Origin: Mytilus trossulus
Lineage: Eukaryota
Length of the DNA: 64,000 nucleotides
Assembly: GCF_036588685.1 (NCBI RefSeq)
Contig: NC_086381.1
Coordinates: forward strand, 66,526,001 to 66,590,000
Reading direction: 5' to 3'
The translations under genes were made by a program, and so were the position numbers. A model generated the notes under the pieces. It ran no database searches. It was not told where the DNA came from and saw only the letters and a program-made list of their open reading frames with translations. Below, piece after piece: positions 13,383 through 28,262 of this stretch (positions are counted from its first letter, which is position 1; each line of letters begins with the position of its first letter).

Positions 13383-13588
13383 TACTGTTTAATCAGTTTT
13401 TGCAATGTTTTTATTATTGCGAAAAATGCGATAAGGTTGTTATCGCAATAATTTAAACTCGCATTTTGAAATTAATTATATGAATTAAAAAGGATTTTTC
13501 TCAATATCGCATAAAGTTAAATCGCATTTTGTCTAAAATCACAAAATCGCAGTAATATATGCATGCAATAATTTCTGAATTTACAGTA
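13383..13588. mobile_element. Tc1/mariner-type MITE (TA-ctgt...acag-TA)
   Basis: TIRs tactgttt.../...aatttacagta. The U2 copy at 27791-27999 shows a longer match (tactgtttattcaacaattattgc vs gcaataatttctgaatttacagta). Confidence 0.65.
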
Positions 13589-16500
13589 GATGCTTCAAAT
13601 TAGAGAAATTAAGTATATGAATGTATTTCAAGCATTGCGGATCCAAAATTCCAAAGGTTTTGCCGAATATAGCTAAAGTGTCATATTCTTAGGATACACA
13701 ATACTTATTATTTGACAAATCAAAGTTTTAATTAAATCGATTGCTGTATATTTACACTATACCAATGATAATATATTAAAAATGTGTAGGAATTTGGTAT
13801 TTGTTGTCAAAATTATTGTATTTGAAAATTAATATGTACTTTTTCATTTGATATTTTTCTATCTATGTTGTTTTTGTATGGCTTTTTAACGAGGGTGAGT
13901 GTTTCATTTTTCATAATTTTCTGATGAATCAAACGTTGGTTTCTTTTATAGAAGATCGATACTTTACATTAGGAAGAAAGTAATAAAAACGGAATGTATG
14001 ATTAACTTGCCAATTTAATCTGAATGCTTCATTACTAGTTCTTTTAAATTACATGAAATTGAAAAACGATCTAAATTACACATGAATTTAAATTCTCTTG
14101 CAATTTGTAATTAATTACAAGTTATTACAATTATTAGTCATAACTTTTAGTTGATTTTCTCACAGACATCAGTGACGCTCGAATATAAATAGGAAAAAAA
14201 GTTAAATAAAGTACGAATTTTAATAGCATTGAGGATCCAAAATTACGAAAGGTTTTGCTGAGTACAGCTAAGGTGACATAATCCTGGGGTGCAACATACT
14301 CGCTAGTCGACAAAGTTTTAAATCAATTGCTTTATATAAAACACCATTTTAATGAAAATAAGTTAAAAATGTGAAGATACTTTGGTTTCTGTTGTCATAA
14401 TTATTGTATTTTAAATTTGATAATATGTACTTTTTCATTTGATATTTTCCAATCTATGCTACTTTTGTATTTTTTGAATTTTTTTTTGACGAGGGAGAGT
14501 ATTACATTTTCATATTTTTCTGATGAATCTAACGTTAATTTATTTCTATAGAAAAATTAATACTTATATTAGGAAGAAAGTAATAGAAACGGAATTTATA
14601 ATTAATTTGACAATACTTAATGTGAATGCGTGCTTCATTACTAGTTCTTTTAAACTACATGAAATTAAAAAAAGATCGAAATTACACATGAATTCAAATT
14701 CTCTTTCATATTGTAATTAGCGAAACGTTTTTTGTAATTATAAGTCAACACTTTTAGTTAATGGTCTGTAGGATCATTAACTAAAAGTTTTGACTTATAA
14801 TTACATCTGGTACTAACCATTTCAAGAATTGTTTAAAAGAACATCAATCAATGTAAAGAAATAATTGACTTTTAAATAAAAAAGGAAGAAGTTATCTTTC
14901 AAAAAATTACTTATTGGTGATTCTTTCGATACGCTTTTGTTAAGAAGTGTAGCATTGCGTGATCAGAAAATAATTTCTACAATTTAAAACTCGACTTCAA
15001 TAGAGTGTGTTATGATCGGTGTTTTATTATTAGAAAGGACGCCATATTAACTGACCTGTATTCACAATCAATGTACCTCTTTAACTAAAATGATCTTCTG
15101 TTATTGAAAAATGAGGACAAAATTAATATAGAAAGAGCAAAATTTATAGAAAAAGGGTTTTTCATATGATAAATACTTTAAACTAACGAAATTAATATCA
15201 GTTGGCTAATTGTCAAAGTACACACATTGATGAATGTTATATTTTCAGTATTGATAAATATGATTACGAATTCGCCGTTTCAGAATATAATGCATTCTGG
15301 AATATATTTTCAAAATCGTAAATCAGAATGATGATATTGGCTTAAAGCGTCCCAAACAATTGAAATTCAACCAATGACGTGACGTCGTTTTGTATTTTGG
15401 GGAATGAGCAATGAAATTACCACGAACGAATTAAAATCTGAAACGCCATATTGTTGAGGATACGTCAATGTGATAGTAAACCAACTGCATAAAGAATCAA
15501 CACACAACTTAAGGTCTTCGAAGATAAACTGGAGTTCTATGGAGTAAACCGGGCTCTGAATTTCATCGTGTCTGAGCTCATTGCGATTAAGTAAAAAAAC
15601 ATTTACTGTTGATTCATATTTGTTTGTGGATACTATTTTTCGTAGATTGAAGATTTCTTGAATATTTTATTTCGTGGGTTTTCCAAAATCGCCCTTATAA
15701 TTCTGTTGAAAATGAATACTTCGATGAGTATCGAAATTTGTAATTGACCCACGAAATGCACGAACATTGCTACCTTACGAATAATATTCAACTATTAAGC
15801 AATTGTCAATATGTAAAATTTGTGACTGAAATGCATTAAAAAAACATGGATCAACTTTTCACAAGATTCCTGATTTGCAACAGTCACGTGCAATACTATC
15901 ATTTGGAATTATTTTGTATTAATTGAAGATTTGTATATCTAATCAGTTTGATGTCTGTGTATGGCTGTAAATATTCGGTATTCTGAATATATTTCATTTA
16001 CTTATATCATGTTGGTTATTCATCTAGTATGTAAACCCAAACAACTATAATACTGATGCTTTGGTTATTCCTAATTGTTGTAGATGCTTTGCTTTCTTTA
16101 TAATCATGAAATAAGGATGCGTTGTTTTCTTTATAAACTTCTAATGGACATCTTATTGATCTAGTTTTTAAATTAAAAGCTTGGCTTTGGTAGTTTTTTG
16201 GGATTTGTAATATAAAACAAATGGTAAATGAGACATTAAAATTATGTTATGCTCATGAATAATTTGAATGTACAATCTGTTTTTCTTCAAAGAGGTTGGG
16301 AATACCAAGGTGTTTTGTCTTTTTGTCTGTGTCCATTAACAACATTAACAGATAGATTATCAATATCAGAATTATGGAAATCACAGAGTGGAATAAATAT
16401 TAGTGTTGGTTTTAAGTGTTTCTGATGAAGATGAAACAGAAATCCACTGAGGAATAAAACAATTTGTAGCGCTGAAAAGAGAAAACCTTCCATGGTATTA

Positions 16501-16654
16501 ACCATTTTAATTCTACTATGAAAAAAATGTAACAATATTTAACATATAAAAACAAATATACTGATCAAAACAATTTCCAATGTTGTCACAATAAGAGGAT
16601 ATTTCTAAAATCATGTATTGTTTGTTTTCGAAAATTATAAATAGAAGTATTCGG

Positions 16655-19600
16655 TCAATCAAAAATTCTTTTTTCGCATAAAAATGCGCCTTTATAATTC
16701 AACCATAGGTCATGCCATTTATAACCACCAATCTTTTTCATACCAATCACTTCAGTCTGACCTGGGTTACCACTTGAATCAGGTTGTGTTGAATGCCAAT
16801 TGAAGTAAGTAATGATTGATCCATCACTGTATCGCCAATGCTCTTCTGCGATTAGATGTGATCCTTGAAACATTATCCAACTGGTAACATCAAGATAATC
16901 TAAAATATATTGTACAAAACAATAAGATTGATTTTCCAAACATCTTGGTTTTAAATGACGAAAAGTATTTTTTTTATTATTTGAAATTTATAATAAGGAT
17001 TTCTGATACGATTGTGAATGAACCTGCCCTCTTAAAAAGTAAAACAACAAAAATACCGAACTTCAAGGAAATTTCAAAACGGAATGTCCCATGATAATTG
17101 GTAAAATCAAAAGCTCAAACACATCAAACGAAAGGAAAACAACTGTCATATTTCTGACTTGGAACAGGCATTTCCTAATGTACAAAACGGTGGATTAAAC
17201 CTGGTTTTGAAGCTAAAAAGTACACAACATAAATCGAGAATGTGTATATGGGCCTCAGATGCCCCGCTTGTAAATATGCATAAGTCAATTGATTAAGTAT
17301 TCTATTTATAAAGGGGCATAACTCAAGAACGGTAAAAACTGACGCCACCCAATTTCAAACTTGTTCTATGTTTTGTGGTAATAAGCAATGTGTATAAGTT
17401 TCATAACATTTTGTTGATGCAAACCAAAGTTAGAGACAAGAAACGACAGATTAAGTATTCCATTTATAAAGGGGCATAACTCAAGAACGGTAAAAAGTGA
17501 CGCCACCCAATTTGGAACTTGGTCTGTGATTTGTGGGAATAAGTATTGTGTATAAATTTCAGAACATTTAGTTGAGGCAAACTGAATTAAGAAAACGGAA
17601 ACGAAAAATTCAGCAATTTTCAGCAAAATTTATGTTTATAAGGGAGCAAAACTCAAGAACGGCAAAAGTGATGCCACCCTATTTCAAACTTAATCTGTGA
17701 TTTGTGATTATAAGCATTGTGTATAAGATTCATAACATTCGGATGAGACACACTAAAGTTAGAAAATGGAAACGAAAAATTCAGCATTTTTTATGCTTAT
17801 AAAGGGGCATAACTCATCAACGGTAAAAGTGACGCCATCCAAATTCAACTTAATCTGTGATTTGTGACAAGGGTAACACTTAATGCCCCCTCCGTTATGG
17901 CGGGGGAATAAAAATGTAAATAATTGCAAGTCATCAAACATTGAGCAAAACTCCTCCTGTAAAATAAACAAGACACAGTAGATGGACCATGTTTAAATCG
18001 CATACATTTTTAATGTATTCAGAATTTACAAATCAAGGTAAAATTTAAACTGTAAGGATTCGTGTGCACTCCAAAAGGAACGAAATTGGGAGCGTCGAAA
18101 GTGTAAGCGTTTTATACTTTGCATTTTCATACAAAAAAATGCGTGTCATGAGCACATTCCTGTAAACGAAGAACGTAAAATAGCAACACTCACGTGCTTA
18201 ACGTATTAAAAGTGATATGTAAACGTCATACTATGAGACAAAGGGTACATTAATACTGAAAAATTAATAACCTGACAATATCAAAGCTGAAATCATCAAG
18301 TTTGTTTATGGGTGAATGTTTGAAGTCGTCAATTTTTGTAGATATCAAAATTACATCAAGATAGAAGCCTATCATCCATTTCCTGTAGTTTTGGAAGTTG
18401 ATAAATAAATAAATGACTAAGAAACTAAGGTTCGAACTCTTCCAAGAAAACGTTTACCTCAGAAGAATTAGGTAATATTATTGGTCCCGTATGGATATAT
18501 AACTCATAACGTTTCTTCTCATACTAGTGATTCATTTATTTTCGTAGATACTAAATTTCGTGGATTGATTTACCACGAGTAATATTGAATCTACAAGCTA
18601 TACATGCCGTGCTGTCAAATGTTTTATTGGAGTCTTTCTTAAGTAGTTTTATGTAAGAAGGTGCTTTGGACGCATCAAATAAATAACGTTTTAATTTGTT
18701 GTTTCACAATAATATTGTAAAGGACTAAAACGTAAAAATATAGTAGTAAAAAAAAAGAACCTAAAGGTGTACAAGAGAAATTAAAAACTTTATCAAGGTT
18801 ATCTCATTAGCAAGCATACCGCATCTTCCTATTTTCATAAATAAAATTTATTTTGCACGATTCATTTGATACAAACTGTCTACTCTACCTGCCTTTAACT
18901 TAAGATATTTACCAAGAAATGTAACAATAAAAAGCTGTTTCTCTTCAGAATCTATTCTCATCAGTTCCGCTCCTTCGAGACCACATTTTGAGTCATACTC
19001 TGCAGACTGCAATGAAGTATCTTTACCATGAATCTTATAACAACTCTGAATCGTTTCACTATAGACGTAACCACTTCTTTTTGGGCATCGACCTGTAATT
19101 CAAAGTATTTTTTTGTTAGTAAATTTGTAGAAATTAGTTGTTCACCAAATATTTAGCCATGTTAATGGTTGACATTACTCCTACATAAAATGTTTAAAAA
19201 CAATAAATACTCGACGGAATAACAATACCTAGAATACTCCATTCACATCTGTTAATCCGAATAAAGCTAGTTTCTAAATCATTGATCCCCATGCAATATT
19301 AACAACACTGAACCAAAAAGAACCGTATGGAAGATTGCGAGTTGATAGCAGATACTGGTAGTAACCTCATAGTGCTAACGCATTTCTTATTTGTAGTCAA
19401 TTGTATCTCTTACACTTCTTTCCGTAGAAATGATATATTACAATCATTTTACAAAAATGAAGAAAAAAAAATATTCAGCGAACGTTTTTTTGTTTTTATT
19501 TACATTTAGAATAACAAAGAACATAAATAAACAAATCATTATGATTGCTACTAAACCAGATTTTACTTTGTTTCCATATTGATCTATCTTTAAAGATTAA

Positions 19601-22600
19601 ATTACAATGTTAAGGAGGTTTTCTACTTTGCTTCAAAATACCAAGCTTTAGCAAAACCTGTTATAAATTGATAGAATATAAATAACAGACAAAAAAAAAC
19701 AGAATAAAATAAAAGGTTCGTGCCCAGGTTCATAAGATATAAGCCAGTGAAAATGTGGCGTGAAATGAATAGCTCTATACTTTTCATACCTATAACACTG
19801 ATTCCTATTTTCTTTTCAGAACTATGAAAATAACAAGGATTTTATAAGATTCTGAAAATTAGCGGTTAGCGGGCAACATGTTTAATGGTACTATATTGAT
19901 AAAAGCAGAGGATTCCGTATATCTAATAAAAAATTAAAAAAAACAAGAACAGCAAATATCCTACAGTCACTTTGAACGTTTTCAAGCTAAAACTTTTTGA
20001 ATTATAATAATGATTACACAAACCGTTTATATAAAACATGATAAGAAAAGAATACAATGCTTTCATAAAATAAATCGAACTTATCTTTGTATCTGTAATA
20101 ATGGAGATCGTTTTACATAAACAAATTGATAATTTTTAACTTACTTATATGTAAGACTGAACAATTTTAAATGATAATTTCTCCTACTACGACTGTTTCT
20201 TATGTTTTAGTAAATCTTTATATTCCTCCCCTTTACCTCTAGCAAATGTAGAATAACCATACATACAGTAATACGCACAGTAAAACTCAGTTTAAAATAA
20301 GTCCGAGTCCGATGTCAGAGTAGGTTACAAAAGAAACTAAGCAAAAGCACAATGATACATAAATTAACAAAAGACTACTAGCAGTTACTGATATGCCAGC
20401 TCCAGACCTCAATTACACTGATCGAAAGATAATGTATTCATCTTTGAAAATCAAGCACAATCCCTCCTGTTTAGGTTCATAGGTTTAGTATCATACCATC
20501 AGAAAATATATGAGAGGAACATAATCCGTATCATGCCAACAACTGGTTTTAAAATTGATGTGTTTATTTCCGATGCAAAGACCCTATGAGTGAATCAATG
20601 TTATTACTAAAATCCATTGAGTGTATATTTTATACACCTCATTAATCTCTTTCGTTTATTTGAGAAGAAGTATAATAACCTAATGCAATTTATATAACAC
20701 ATTTTTTAAATAATTCGAATGGAATCTACATCATTGTGGATTAAACTTTTATAAAGTTTTATGTATTATAACTTGACATTGTGATAATGAACGTGGATAT
20801 CATCATTATATACACATGTGTGCTTGTGTGGTCTTGCAGCGGTTTACTCACGTCAAACGTGGGAGGTTTAGATACAAGCATCTTTAAAAAATAGATGTTA
20901 CCGAATTTGTTTTCGCTATCTACTATTATAGCCAAGCATTGTCGGTTTGGAGTCCAAAGAAGAGAGAAATATTTTCTGTTGACTGGTATTTTCTGTTTTA
21001 TCTTTTAAAAAACCTGGAGCATATCATTATTCTAATGCAAATACGTAGCCATGTCTTAAACAACCGATGGTCTCGAGTTTCCATGAAATATTTATGTGAA
21101 CTATTAACCATATCTCCCTTTACATCTATCATTAATCCCTTTTTACGCATTTTATAATTCCTCACACAATTAAGATAATACTTAATAACTTTGATGCGTC
21201 TTTTTTTACAATGTCGAACTACGTAATAGATTTGGATCGAGCTCAACTAATGGGTCTTATATGGACAGAACGCGATAGACTGGAATCTTAGGTTAGTTTA
21301 CAGTAACTGGGTCGGTGCCTTTGTTGATGAACGTATCGTTCCCAAGAGTATCACCATCTCAGTAGCCAGCACTTCTGAGTTGACATGAAATACCAATCGA
21401 ATGGTCATTTCAGTAAATGTTCTTGTAACTAAAATTAATAAAATAAACATTACGTTTTCCCTCCCAAGGCATATAGATGGCATTAAACATATTTGGCACA
21501 ATTTATTTTCGAAACTTTTAATTTTTTTAATGACCTTTAAATTCGTATTCGGCATTCTAGCTTCTTATGCAGTATAACCGCGAGTCTTGCTTAATACATC
21601 AGTAAACCTGGTATATGTGTTAAGCTTTAACAACTGAACATTAAACAACTAATAAGCATGATACCAAATTATCTAGGATTACCGGGTCTTCGAAAAATAA
21701 TTTTAAAACTGACCAATGTATTTCACAAACAAAAAAGTAGTTCCACAACGATATAAAAAATATACGATACATACAATGCTGTTGTAAAACTATTTTCTGT
21801 GATTATTATATTATTAAAATATTATTAATTTCATGTTATGGGATAACAGTATGGAAAGGTTTAAAAACAAATCTTAGAAAAAATATAGTATGGAAACCGA
21901 AGAAAATGTTAAAAAATTACATGTTAGGGTTTGGTGAATTTTTTAATATGCCTGAACTTAAAATCATTGAATTTTTATACAATGTCGATGTCCAGTATAT
22001 ACAGGTTTTGAATGATTTTGACAGTCCTCGGAACTACTTTGTTGCCATACAAAAGTTTTAAAAAATCGAAATCTCCCAAAACGTCATGAATATTTATTAT
22101 GTCAACTGGTCTGTGTAGATCATGAAGATGTGAAATTTTCATTTGTCAATTCAAAAATGTCTGTCATTACATACAAAATAATGCACAATATGTCAAATTG
22201 CTCATAAAACCTTAAAGTAGGATTTCCTCTATTAAAATTGTTGGTCAAGTCTAGTGAAACGTTGATGGTACATTCCCTCTCATGTACCAATGTGTCATTA
22301 ATATTTTGAAAATGGTCACCGTTACCACGGAAACAGCAAAAATTACAACAAAAAAATCTAAATGCTCCAAACTTAACAATACTTTTCAGAAATGTTAACT
22401 GGCATATACATATATATTGCATTTGACTTTGGGATTTAAAAAATGGCTGCAGTAACCGTGACAGTGGTGCGGGTGACATTCTAGTTACTAGTGTTGTTGT
22501 TATAACTAGTCTTTTTTTATGCCTGGGGTTCTTTTTGTTCAGGTGCAAAAAATCAAACACCAACAAATCCAAACAATATAACAAAGGCTACAAAATACAA

Positions 22601-22948
22601 GCTAAACATATTATCTTATTTGTAACATAGCCTCTTACTATCTAAAACTAAATGATAGGTCCACCCATCACTGTGGTATCCTTTGATATTCTTCATACCA
22701 TTTACATATCCTGCACGTAAACCGATGCACTCATTTGATGTTTTTGAATGTGAAACTGACATACATTCTGTCATGTGATTACACTGCATAACACATTTTA
22801 AAATGCTGGCCTTAATTTGGAATATCACCGTCTCATTAAAGTAAATGTTATTAAGTTCTGGTGAATTCTCGGTAAATCCAACTTTTATTTTACATGTAAC
22901 TATCTGATATGATATCAAAATATCTACAATTTCATGTAAAAATGCCAT
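16655..22948 (-). CDS. PAN/Apple + C-type lectin protein, copy 2 (exons 22948-22639, 19092-18913, 16899-16655)
   Basis: Same exon lengths and GT-AG sites as copy 1, open frame. Differences include Y9D, A18T, LECVL>LKCVM, SKE>SNE, LSAG>LRAG, MKD>MKN, KQV>KQL, KKFD>KKIG. Confidence 0.9.
17232..17914. mobile_element. HINE-like tandem-repeat element, U2 copy
   Basis: Paralogous to 2430-3112. Confidence 0.65.
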
Positions 22949-24062
22949 ATTATATATTAAACATTATAAGATAGTCCCAATTAGTGAGTAAGTTAAGCCT
23001 CATGAACTGACGATGCTTAAGTGATGATATTCCTTAATGAATTGTACATAAATATATAATATCGATATTGTTTCACATCATCCAATTATATCTCTGATAT
23101 ACTTTACTTTTTAAATAACTGCTTATCAAAACAGTTAGCGGAACCAAATATTATAACATGTACAGTAACAATATATTTCCGTGTATGTATATTCTTTTAA
23201 TTACAGGTTTAGTCTAATAGTTATATAATAAATAGCTTGGGGAAATATTCCAGGGTTTAGTTTTGATTAAAACAGAAAATTGAAACATACAAAACCAATC
23301 TATCAAATTGTTCAATCCATTTCATTGAATGCCTGTTTATGATTATCAATCTAATAAAAGTTAACACTACACATTACTTTCAATTAAATAAAATTACTGT
23401 TAACTAGTAAGAAAATATTGTAAGACCATTTCATCAAAACTGTAATCCTTTAAAAAGGGTGCTAAACATGCTTTCTTGCTAAAAAAAAAAAGGTAATGTA
23501 TTCTTCTTGTCTGGAACTTAAAATATTTGCCATGAAATCTGACTATCAAAAGCAACTTTACTTCAAAATATGTTATTGTAACTGTTCCCCTGCACTGGTA
23601 AAATAAACTGCCAGTGCATTGAAGATTGCAATAAGGAGGTTACCTCATTATGTGGCTGAAGCAAATTAAAATCGCAACCACTGTTTTGTATACTCGAATA
23701 GAAAATTAAAGGATGTGGGGTATCCATCCATGACCAAACAAAAAGCACACAAAAAGCAACATCGTTTACATTGCTGTTCTTTGTCTCAAAGTCACAGTGA
23801 GGCCTTAATAATAGAGCTAAAAAAAATCACTGCAAGTTTAGGACAGTCCCTAGCATCAGTAGGAGTGGTGTTATTATTAAGTATGCTTCGTCTAACAGAA
23901 TAACAAAAGCATGCCTAATATTCAAATGATTGAACATATAGTGAAGCAGGAAATTGAAAGTCTAAAGTATAGAACATCAATAAATATGTTAAACTTTTAC
24001 TCAATTTTTGTGTAGTTTGGGGTGCAATTTGTTTTTTTAGCACTTGCATCCAATTTAACCTT

Positions 24063-24119
24063 GAGAGATGCACACGCCTGATGAAGCTAGTTTGTCTAGC
24101 GAAATATTGCGTATTTCTT
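24063..24119 (+). ncRNA. Minimal type I hammerhead ribozyme (U2-A)
   Basis: Core and stems identical to U1-A. Confidence 0.8.
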
Positions 24120-24666
24120 TTTAAAACCTAACAGAACTTTTTATTGTATCAATTAATTAGTTTCATTATATTCTTAGACCTTTATATATATATAAAACGT
24201 CTGAAGAATAGTCAACGATTTTTCCCACGAGGGCGCCATATATATATTATCATATAAACTGCCCAATCACAAGACATCTTTAAAGAGCAGGGCATGATTT
24301 TGAAAACGTCACATTTCAAATCATCGAGAAAAACCTAATTGGGATACACACGGAAGACAAAAGAGAGAGGGATGTTGGATGCACCAGTTACGAACTCTTG
24401 AACCTGTTGGACTCAATGAGAGATACGAAAAAAAGATTTAAAAACAAATCTAAATAATAATCTTGAAATCATACAAATTAATTTATAGAAATTCATACAA
24501 TTAATCGAACATCAATAAATATGTTAAACATTTACTCCAACTTTATGTAGTTGTAGCTACAAACATATGTTTTACAGAACATCAATGAATATGTTAACCT
24601 TTCACTCAAATTTTGTGTAGTTCAAGCTACAAAAATATTTTTTTGTCATGCATCTGATTTCTCATA

Positions 24667-24722
24667 GAGAGATGCACACGCCTGATGAAGCTTATTTGTT
24701 AAGCGAAATATTGCGTATTTCT
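24667..24722 (+). ncRNA. Minimal type I hammerhead ribozyme (U2-B)
   Basis: acgc-CTGATGA-a-gctta(tttgt)taagc-GAAA-ta-TT-gcgt. Confidence 0.78.
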
Positions 24723-27214
24723 ATTTAAAATATTTAAGAATTTTAAATGTATTAATTAGAGTGTTTAGTTATATTCTTAGACATTTATATAATTTTAGTT
24801 CAGTTATTGTATCAGTTTATTTTCTCAAACTGATCCACGCTTAAATAGATTGAATGTTGATTGTTACTATTTTTAGACATTATATATACATTATCATATT
24901 TATATGTCATAGGAATTTTTTTTGCAAAGATTCATATGGGGTCAAAATTTAAATCAAGGTGAAGTTTTTATGACTTATTGCAATATTTATTATGGAGCTG
25001 ATGTAATGGGTCACATTTAACAGATTAGTATATACGTAAAGTCATGCAAATTAAAATAAAAAAATGATGCAAATATTTGTATACTAAATCGTTAGATTTT
25101 ATCATAACACTTATGTAACATATACTTATATCTCAAGAAAATTCTATAATTTGTCCAATTTTAGAAGAAGTTTACTTTTCTTTTAATTGTTTGCTCACAG
25201 TAAACAATTTGCCGATATGTTTTTGGTATGCAGTAAACTCCGCGTGGCCTTTCTGGTAAAAATCCGGTGATCGCAATACGCATGGATCTGTCATTGAAAT
25301 AAATTAATATCTTACTGTATATGTTATACACTTCCTCAATATCCATGCTTCTTTGTTGACTGTTTACTAAGGTGACAATTGTTAAACTACGGCTTCAAAA
25401 TACGACAATTAATAAGCTGCCATATTTTCACATCGTTGCATACCGAGAGAACTTTTTTGACGATGATAAGATACGGATGCGTAAAAAACGATGAAATCGT
25501 GCACAGAAGACTATGTTTATGATATATTCCTGCATGGGCCCAAGAATTGGATAAACATTATTTGTCACCAGTCACTCGTTTCATATGCCTTTTATTATCA
25601 TGTAATCGAATAAAAATTAAACAAACATAAATTGAAAAGTGAATGAAAGGACTTTATTCTTAAAAATCTACGTATTATAGTCACAGAGAAAAAAGCTTTA
25701 TATTTACAAAAACAAAATAAATTTGACGTTAGCGATTTGTTCAGCAAGATATATACAGTTATAAAATGGTTGAAGACGATTTTTACTGAGAGCGGGAATT
25801 TCCAGCTTAAAAGTTTCCGTTTATTTTCAATAGCTGCTCCCGACGTTAAAGCAAGATATACAAAATTAGCAATTCCGACCACAGATTTCATTTTCATTGT
25901 AATTTATAACCATTTAATTTTCAAACACATTTCATTTTGGACAATTAAACAAAGCAGAAGTATTTTTCACGGATGAAAATCAAAATTCATCAATGAATTG
26001 AAAATTATTATCCAAGCGCGAATGAAGGGAGACAAGCCATATAAATCTGCACAAACTATTCTATGGCAAAAACGATAGATTTAGCTGGCACTGAACACTA
26101 CTGAAAATTATCAATCAACTACTTTATCAATGTACTGATTTCTACGAAAATGTTCATGACGCTACTGAATCGAAGGCAAAGGCGTTTTTTTTTAATTACA
26201 TGAGACAGTACTGAACTGTCCTGGATCTTCTCCTACTCGGATCAGGGTACTGAACACGTACTGAATAACTCAAAAAAGATCTTGACAGTTTTCCTTGCCG
26301 TAATTTCAGGCATTTAAGACTTGTTCAGTTTTTAATAACCGTTTCAGTAATAAAAACATTTACTAGTGATTTTCGTGGCGAAGTCTGTTTCTTATATACT
26401 AAAAGATGTGGGTCAATTATTTGATTAATGATAGCAAGGTGTTTCTTTCTTTGTAAAAGAGTTCATTTGAATTTGACCTCACGAAAAGTATATCGGGAAG
26501 TTACAGACAAATGAAATGTTGTTGCTCACGTGGTCTTTATTCAATCTCTGGTGGATAGTTGTAACATTGGTAATCATACACACCATCTCATTTCTACATG
26601 TTTTACATTCTTTGTCATAATGGTCATTATTGTTGTTGTGTTAGAACTTTCTGCATACTTTTAATGACTGCAACCTGATGGATTTGACAATTGTGACAAA
26701 TATCAATTGACATACTATTCCTTTGACTCCTTTATTCGTGTTTCCAAACTCGTTCGCTATGACCATGTATGTAGTAAGGTTTTTAATTTCAAAGAACAAA
26801 GATAAGTAAACCTAGTTAAGTATTATTACAAGAAATTCCTTATAAATTTCACTATATTATTTTATATACAAAGATTTTGTTTTGAAGTTTGGCTGTTCAT
26901 ATAAATTCAGTTTTACGGTAAAGATGTTTATAAAGCTCGTACGCTTAATGTAATCTATATAAACGCTTAGGTCGTTTGAATGAACTCTTTTTTAAAGAGT
27001 ATTATTTTAACACCGTTGTAAGATCATTTAATATGATTTTTATTGGAACAAATATTAATTTTAATTTTGATTTGATATGTTACAGCATAAATACATAAGT
27101 ATTACTTGAAATGTATGTCCATTTATGGTCCTAAATTCTGATATTATTTTTATTAGTATGTTTTTATGTCTTGACATAACACTAGCACATGTATTTTTAT
27201 ATTATTGGGGGTAC

Positions 27215-27405
27215 CGGTGGCCAAGTGTCAACACTTGGGTTGTGAGTTCGAATCCCACAACTCGTAATAGCGTTCCAACTCCACTCTCAATTATGAAAGA
27301 TTGTCAGTTTTTCTACTATGACTGGGTGGTTATCCCAGGGTACTTCGGCTTCCTTCATTAATGAAAAATGATCGCCACGAAATATCGAATAGTGCTGAAA
27401 TTTAA
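27215..27405 (+). mobile_element. Same SINE, U2 copy
   Basis: Paralogous to 12805-12995. Confidence 0.65.
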
Positions 27406-27790
27406 ATCACTACCACTTTGAGAACTTTCTGTCTGTCATTTGTTTTTGTATCCCATTCCAATACGATGAGTCAAAGCATTGTTAACTATTTTTACAGCTT
27501 CTTCTCACGTTGTGTTGTCTAAGGTTCCTCATTAATGTCATTCAAATCAGCTGTAGTTTTCGCTACAATATTCTCTACCGTATTAAAACTTCGCATTTTA
27601 AAGAGATTTCTTTCTCACTGATGTTAAACCTCACATTTAATTTCATTCGTAGATATTCGTACTTCAAATATTCCTAAGAAGTAACATCCAAAAGCTATCA
27701 TTTTTTTTAAAAGGATTTCTCTTTCATCTGATAATGTTATTAGTGTTTAAAATGTTGAGCAATCTATGGTATCAACAGATGAAATTGATA

Positions 27791-27999
27791 TACTGTTTAT
27801 TCAACAATTATTGCGATGTTTTTATTATTGCAAAAAATGCGATAAGGTTGTTATCGCAATAATTTAAACTCGCATTTTGAAATTAATTATATGAACTTAA
27901 AACGATTTTTTTCAATATCGCATAAAGTTAAATCGCATTTTGTCTAAAATCTCAAAATCGCAGTAATATATGCATGCAATAATTTCTGAATTTACAGTA
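27791..27999. mobile_element. Tc1/mariner-type MITE, U2 copy
   Basis: ~24-bp imperfect TIRs flanked by TA. Confidence 0.68.
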
Positions 28000-28069
28000 G
28001 ATGCTTCAAAAAAGAGAAATTAAGTATATGAATGTATTTCAGGCATTGCGGATCCAAAAAATCCAAAAA

Positions 28070-28262
28070 AATCCAAAAAATCCAAAAAAATACCTTAGCC
28101 GTATTTGGCACAACTTTTTGGAATTTTTGGTCCTCAATGCTCTTCAACTTTGTATTTGTTTGGCTTTTTAACTATTTTGATCTGAGCATCACTGATGAGT
28201 CTTATGTAGACGACACGCGCGTCTGGCGTATAAAATTATAATCCTGGTACTTTTGATAACTA
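28070..28262 (+). mobile_element. U2-specific short retroelement-derived repeat carrying a hammerhead with a mutated core
   Basis: Absent at the paralogous U1 site (~13650). Contains CTGATGA-gtct(tatgt)agac-GACA-cgcgcg-TC-tggcg (GAAA changed to GACA). Confidence 0.7.

Larger units (their letters stand above)
1..14740. repeat. Tandem segmental duplication unit U1 (~14.7 kb, phase set arbitrarily at the window start)
   Basis: The sequence at position 1 (taagtcaaaacttttagttaatg...) recurs at 14741, 29344 and 61533, with colinear high similarity over the whole unit. Confidence 0.95.
23970..24790 (+). mobile_element. Penelope-like remnant, U2 copy
   Basis: Paralogous to 9590-10405; reads ...LRTLEPVGLNE. 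Confidence 0.8.

Noticed and set aside
23238-23251. NF-kB-like site ggggaaatattcc upstream of copy 2
   Set aside because: Spacing does not fit GGGRNWYYCC and it is not conserved in copies 1 and 3.
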